Positions 15,943 through 20,000 of a stretch of 20,000 nucleotides of DNA are shown in pieces (within the stretch, counting starts at the first letter, position 1; each line of letters opens with the position of its first letter). The stretch lies in IMG/VR virus record IMGVR_UViG_3300049982_000266; one strand, given 5' to 3'. Made by a program: the position numbers and the translations under genes. The DNA comes from an uncultured virus (IMG/VR IMGVR_UViG_3300049982_000266) (Duplodnaviria > Heunggongvirae > Uroviricota > Caudoviricetes). Under the pieces are notes generated by a model. It was given only the letters and a program-made list of their open reading frames with translations. It did no database searches and was not told the origin of the DNA.

Positions 15943-16554
15943 CTAGGGCAGCAGGTCGTCGACCAGCGGGACGTCGACCGAGCCGATCGGCTCACCGGTG
16001 AGCGGGTTGACGATCACGACGGTCGGTCGCTCGGGCACCGGGGCCGGGGCGGGCGCCGGACCGGACGGCGGCGGGGCCGAGCCGCCACCCGAGCCGCCTG
16101 TGGCGGGCGCTGAGCCCGTGGAGCCGGTGCCACTACCCGAGCCGCCCGAAGAGCCCGCAGCGGCGCCAGGAGCAGGCGTACCGGCGGCGTCCGGCATGAG
16201 GGCTGACGGCACGATTGGCGCCGCCTCGCCGGGCACCTGCACCCCGGCGTCGCGGAGCGCCTGCTCCAGCGTGAAGATCCGCCGCCCCTGCTCCTCGACG
16301 ACGGTCAGCAGGCGCCGGTTGTCCTTCGCCTGGCCGCGAGCGACGTCGAGCGCATCGTCCAGCGCGTCGCCGTTGCGGAGCGCCTGGACGAGCACGAGCG
16401 CGATGAGCACGCCGAGCACCGTGGCGATCGCGAGCAGCGCGAGTCGCTGAAGCCGCGTCAGCCCCGTGCGCACGGTGACGCTCTGCTGCACCGGCGCGGC
16501 CGGAGAGACCTTCGCGGCGGCGGTCAGCAGCCGCTCACGCTCACTGGCACGCAC
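15943..16554 (-). CDS. Single-TM membrane protein with coiled coil and Gly/Ser/Pro-rich tail (lysis-region protein)
   Basis: GGAGGT RBS, TM segment LALLAIATVLGVLIALVLV, helical region, low-complexity tail. Confidence 0.7.
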   Translation of the reverse strand: MRASERERLLTAAAKVSPAAPVQQSVTVRTGLTRLQRLALLAIATVLGVLIALVLVQALRNGDALDDALDVARGQAKDNRRLLTVVEEQGRRIFTLEQALRDAGVQVPGEAAPIVPSALMPDAAGTPAPGAAAGSSGGSGSGTGSTGSAPATGGSGGGSAPPPSGPAPAPAPVPERPTVVIVNPLTGEPIGSVDVPLVDDLLP

Positions 16555-16642
16555 TGAGACCTCCGATGATGACGGACCACGAGGCGGCCCATGCGGTCAC
16601 GCGCGGGTAGGAGGTCAGCAGGTACACCGCCACCCCCGTCAC
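16541..16642 (-). CDS. Possible 33-aa hydrophobic peptide
   Basis: GTGA overlap with the upstream stop. MTGVAVYLLTSYPRVTAWAASWSVIIGGLSACQ fills the intergenic gap. Confidence 0.3.
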   Translation of the reverse strand: MTGVAVYLLTSYPRVTAWAASWSVIIGGLSACQ

Positions 16643-16941
16643 TTCGACCCCTTCTTCTCGTCGGCGCCGAAGACGAGCGGGGCGCCGGTCAGGGCGATGC
16701 CGAGACCGACGGCGGCGGGCTCGACCTTCGCCGAGATGAAGACCTCGTTGACGATGATCGCCATGCCTGCGATGAAGAGCAGCACGTCGCGCAGGGTCGC
16801 GAAGCCCGTCGGCAGCGGCGTGCGGGTCCGCACCGGCTCGGGCGCCAGAGCAGGAGCCGGGGCGGGGGCCACCGGCTCGGGCGGGGGTGTCGGCACGCTC
16901 ACCACGCGCCGCCGCCGACGCGGAGGAACGGGCGCGGTCAT
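16639..16941 (-). CDS. Holin-like two-TM membrane protein, 100 aa
   Basis: Two TM segments (VLLFIAGMAIIV, AAVGLGIALTGAPLVF), charged C-terminus DEKKGSK, located downstream of tail genes. Confidence 0.5.
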   Translation of the reverse strand: MTAPVPPRRRRRVVSVPTPPPEPVAPAPAPALAPEPVRTRTPLPTGFATLRDVLLFIAGMAIIVNEVFISAKVEPAAVGLGIALTGAPLVFGADEKKGSK

Positions 16942-16950
16942 GCCCCGAGG

Positions 16951-17334
16951 CTACGGGGCAGGCGGGCTAGCGTCGCCCTCGGTCACGGGCCGCCGACTGT
17001 CCCTCGCGGGCTTCCCGGCCGCCTTCGCCTCCAGGCGCTCGCGGAGTTCGGAGATCACAGCGACCTGACTGCGCACGACGGCCTGCGACTCGTCGAAGGC
17101 CGAGGAGAGCGCCCTGACGCGCGCGTCGCTCTCGGCGACGGCCCCTCGGTAGGCGGCCTGCTGCTCGTAGAGCGCGGTGAGGAGGTCGGCCTGCCGGTGC
17201 AGCGACTCGGCCAGCGAGGCGCGCAGCCCGCCGACCATCGCTCCGGGGGAGACCTCCAACTGCTCGCCGCCGGGCTGCTCGGGCGCAGCCTCCAGCGCGG
17301 GCTCAGGCGTGGTCTCCGGCGCGGTCTCGGTCAT
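16951..17334 (-). CDS. Hypothetical coiled-coil protein, 127 aa
   Basis: ATGA overlap at 17334 with GAGGA RBS; helical, heptad-like sequence. Confidence 0.7.
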   Translation of the reverse strand: MTETAPETTPEPALEAAPEQPGGEQLEVSPGAMVGGLRASLAESLHRQADLLTALYEQQAAYRGAVAESDARVRALSSAFDESQAVVRSQVAVISELRERLEAKAAGKPARDSRRPVTEGDASPPAP

Positions 17335-17630
17335 GCTTCCTCGGGGGTGTAGCGGTAGGGGGTCAGGGGCTCGCCGGGCTCGCCGACGTTGGCGGTGTAG
17401 TGCGCCAGGGCGGCCTTCGTCAGCACGCGCGAGACGCACCGCTGAGCCTCCGGGCTCTTGCGCCCGTCGACTCCCTCCAGTCGTCCGGTGAAGGTGCACA
17501 GGTGCAGGTTGAGCACTCGGCCGCCGGTGTCGGACAGCACGGAGATCACGGCGGCGAAGTTGACGCCGCCGTTGCCGACGTCAGCCCCACAGCGGTCGCA
17601 CTCGACAGAGCCGTCAGGTCGTGTGGTCAT
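17331..17630 (-). CDS. Hypothetical Cys/His-containing protein, 99 aa
   Basis: CDRC...HLC...C pattern. TACGCT lies 7 nt before the ATG, so the mRNA may be leaderless. Confidence 0.65.
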   Translation of the reverse strand: MTTRPDGSVECDRCGADVGNGGVNFAAVISVLSDTGGRVLNLHLCTFTGRLEGVDGRKSPEAQRCVSRVLTKAALAHYTANVGEPGEPLTPYRYTPEEA

Positions 17631-17649
17631 GACCCGGAGCGTACAGCGG

Positions 17650-20000
17650 CTACGCGGCCCGGCCGGGAGGCACGCGGCTCTCCAGCGTCTCGATCCGAGC
17701 GAAGGCGTCCTGAAGCGCGGCGACCGAGGTCGACAGGAGCGCGTACAGGTCGATCCCGAGCGAGCCGTCGGAGTCGATCGTGGTGACGATGACGTCGGCG
17801 ATGTCGGCGGGCAGGGCAGCGCGGGCTTCCTGCGCCACGACGCCTCGCCCCCGACGCAGGTTCGTGACGTCCCGCGCCTTGACGTTGCGCGTGGCCCGCA
17901 GCGAAGTGGAGCCCTCGACGTCGGCCTCGCCAGGGCTGTCGGCGAGGCCGGGCGTGACCTGCTTCAGTTCGTAGTCCCGGACCCGCAGAGCCTTGATCGC
18001 GGTGACGGCCGACGAGGTCTCGGTGTCCTGCACGCCGCTCTTCATCCGCTCGTCCGAGCCGGTGATGTGCGCCGATGCGACCGAGCGGATGTAGGCGCCA
18101 CCCGCCCAGTTGATGATCTGCATGTTGTCCCACGTGCCGTCCCAGTTGTAGCGGATGGCACCGCCTCGACCACCGGCGGGCGGGGTCATGAGGCGCAGCA
18201 GAGTGCTGAAGGCGTTGTTGGCCGAGCCGACCAACTCCACGTAGTCGCCGCCGGTCATGAGGGTGTGGGCGCTGCTCGTGACGCGGTTGTACCACGAGAC
18301 CGAGGACGTCATCTGCACGGTGCCGCTCTGCGTGATCGCGATGGCGGTGTTGTTGCCGCGCGCGTACATGACGACGTCGTTCGAGTTGATGATGACCGAG
18401 GCGCCGTAGGTGTCGCGCACGTTGAGGCTGATGCCGTCCGGGCGGATGTTGACCTTCGACGGGCCGGGGCTTCCGACGGACGAGAAGGTGTCGCCGGAGT
18501 AGGCGCCGCTGAAGAGGTCGAGGGTGCTGCTGCCGATGCCGCCGACCGTCGTGTAGGTCGCGTGGATGCTGGCGGGCTGGTGCGTCAGCGAGTTCGTGTG
18601 CAGGGTCATGCCCGCGTGCCCGGTCGGCGGGCTCTTCCACAGGGTGATGCCGATGCCGCTGGTCGGCGTGGTGCGCGTCGAGACGTCGGACGCCTGCACG
18701 ATGCCTGCGAAGCGCGCGCTGCCGGTGTTGGAGATGAAGACGGTCTCGACGCTGCCGCTGTAGGCGTGCAGCCCGGTCGCGTTGAGTTCCACGCGCGAGC
18801 CGGTGTCGGCGGTCTTGATGCGGGCGCCGATGAGAACGTCGGCGTCGAGCGTCCCGGCGGTCAACTTCCCGACGTTGAGGCTGCCGATCTTCGCGTCCTG
18901 GATCGTCGCGTCGGCGATCTTCGCGTTGAGGATCGTCGCGTCCTCGATCTTCGCGTTCGTGATGGCGCCGTCGAGGATCTTCGCGCTGGAGATGGCCGCG
19001 TCAATGATCTTCGCGCTGCCGATCGCGGCGTCGGCGATGATGCCGCTCGCGGCGGTGATCGTGCCCGTGACCATCTCGACCGACGAGATGCTGGCGGCCT
19101 TGATCTCGCGCGCGGTGACGGCGTCGGTGGCGATGGTCCCGGCCGTGACCGCGTCGACCGCGATCTTCCCGGCGATGATGGCGTCTGTCGCGATCTCGGC
19201 GGCCGTGATGGCTCCGGCCAGGATCTTCGGCGTCGTGATCGCGTCGTCGGCGATCTTCGTCTCGGTGACAGCACCCGCAGCGATCTTCGCCTCGGTCGCC
19301 GCACCGGCGGCCAACTTCGCCGTCTGCACCGCGCCGTCGGCGATCTTCTCCACAGTGACCGCGAGGTCGGCGATGCGGTCCGCCGAGACGGCGCCGAGCG
19401 CGATCTTCGCGGTGTCGATCGCGCCGTTGACGATCTTCTCGTTCGAGATGATCTCGTCCACGAGATCCTGCGAGACGACCCGCTCGGGCTGAGCGGACAC
19501 CTCTGCGCTCGGGTCGCTGCGGTTGCCGGTTCGGTCGACGGCCACGAAGCGCACGTAGGTCAGTGCGTCGTAGTTCCGGTCGACGATCGGGCTCGTGCCG
19601 GGGTTCGTGAGCGCGTCGTAGAGCGTCGCCGCCGAGGGCTCGAAGCCGCCGACGTCCGACACGTGCACCTCGACATGCCGGAGGTCGGCCGACATCGGCG
19701 CCGTCGTGCCGTTGCCGACGTCGGCGAGCCCGTCCCACACTGCGCGGATGACGCCGAGCGACGGCGTCAGCGTCGGCGCGGTCGGCTTCAGGGGAGGCGT
19801 CGTGTCCTCGACGACCTGCACGATCGGGCTCAGCGTGTAGCCGCTGGTGTTGCCCGAGGAGTCCTGCGTGCGCACCCGCGCCTGGAAGTAGGAGCCCGGC
19901 TCGACCTCCTCGACGTAGGCGGACTCGGTCCGCGCCACGACCTCCAGCGTCCACGGGGAGACCGGCGCTCGCCCGTCCAGCCCGCCCAGCGAGCGCCAGG
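17650..20000 (-). CDS. Phage tail fibre / minor tail protein with FN3-like domains, decapeptide repeat shaft and C-terminal Peptidase_S74-like intramolecular chaperone (5' end beyond the window)
   Basis: Frame is open to the right edge. FN3-like motifs (YFQARVRTQDSSGNTS, YVRFVAVDRTGNRSDPS), many AI/VTxxKIAxG repeats, and SDERMK...GVVAQE...IDLYALL...ALQD..ARIETLE. Confidence 0.85.
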   Translation of the reverse strand, partial: WRSLGGLDGRAPVSPWTLEVVARTESAYVEEVEPGSYFQARVRTQDSSGNTSGYTLSPIVQVVEDTTPPLKPTAPTLTPSLGVIRAVWDGLADVGNGTTAPMSADLRHVEVHVSDVGGFEPSAATLYDALTNPGTSPIVDRNYDALTYVRFVAVDRTGNRSDPSAEVSAQPERVVSQDLVDEIISNEKIVNGAIDTAKIALGAVSADRIADLAVTVEKIADGAVQTAKLAAGAATEAKIAAGAVTETKIADDAITTPKILAGAITAAEIATDAIIAGKIAVDAVTAGTIATDAVTAREIKAASISSVEMVTGTITAASGIIADAAIGSAKIIDAAISSAKILDGAITNAKIEDATILNAKIADATIQDAKIGSLNVGKLTAGTLDADVLIGARIKTADTGSRVELNATGLHAYSGSVETVFISNTGSARFAGIVQASDVSTRTTPTSGIGITLWKSPPTGHAGMTLHTNSLTHQPASIHATYTTVGGIGSSTLDLFSGAYSGDTFSSVGSPGPSKVNIRPDGISLNVRDTYGASVIINSNDVVMYARGNNTAIAITQSGTVQMTSSVSWYNRVTSSAHTLMTGGDYVELVGSANNAFSTLLRLMTPPAGGRGGAIRYNWDGTWDNMQIINWAGGAYIRSVASAHITGSDERMKSGVQDTETSSAVTAIKALRVRDYELKQVTPGLADSPGEADVEGSTSLRATRNVKARDVTNLRRGRGVVAQEARAALPADIADVIVTTIDSDGSLGIDLYALLSTSVAALQDAFARIETLESRVPPGRAA
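18870..19450 (-). repeat. Degenerate 30-bp coding repeats (10-aa period, xKIAxGAVTx)
   Basis: Recurrent + strand (c/g)gatcttcgc units in 30-bp register; boundaries approximate. Confidence 0.8.

Larger units (their letters stand above)
1..20000 (-). mobile_element. Part of an actinobacterial prophage or phage-plasmid carrying a conjugation module
   Basis: Tail, recombination, WhiB, initiator and T4SS genes are co-oriented, with no host housekeeping genes. No element ends, integrase or partition genes in the window. Confidence 0.8.

Noticed and set aside
15990..16003. Palindrome GCTCACCGGTGAGC resembling the leader motif
   Set aside because: Only a partial match, lies inside a CDS and cannot form the same hairpin.
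17650..20000. Diversity-generating retroelement target in the tail gene
   Set aside because: No reverse transcriptase and no TR/VR repeat pair are visible in the window.

Overview
Very GC-rich, actinobacterial-type DNA. Every credible gene lies on the minus strand, many coupled by (A/G/T)TGA stop-start overlaps. In transcription order (right to left): a phage tail fibre/minor tail protein with decapeptide repeats and a C-terminal Peptidase_S74-like chaperone; small genes including holin-like and membrane proteins; a structured intergenic region; a secreted 509-aa cargo protein; a recombination module (RecT-like annealing protein, UvrD-like helicase, Cas4-like PD-(D/E)XK nuclease); WhiB; GIY-YIG and HNH nucleases; a phage HTH replication initiator with internal iteron-like repeats plus a helicase-loader-like partner; and a conjugative type IV secretion operon (pilin-like, VirB3/TcpE-like, VirB4-like ATPase, VirB6-like) running off the left edge. 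The main observation is a tailed-phage/conjugative-element hybrid. Two recombination genes have promoters matching the PafBC (RecA-NDp) DNA-damage consensus. The three recombination genes share an identical leader hairpin (CCGGT-GAGCG-ACCGG), with a variant ahead of the conjugation operon. All family calls come from motif recognition by eye; no database search was run.
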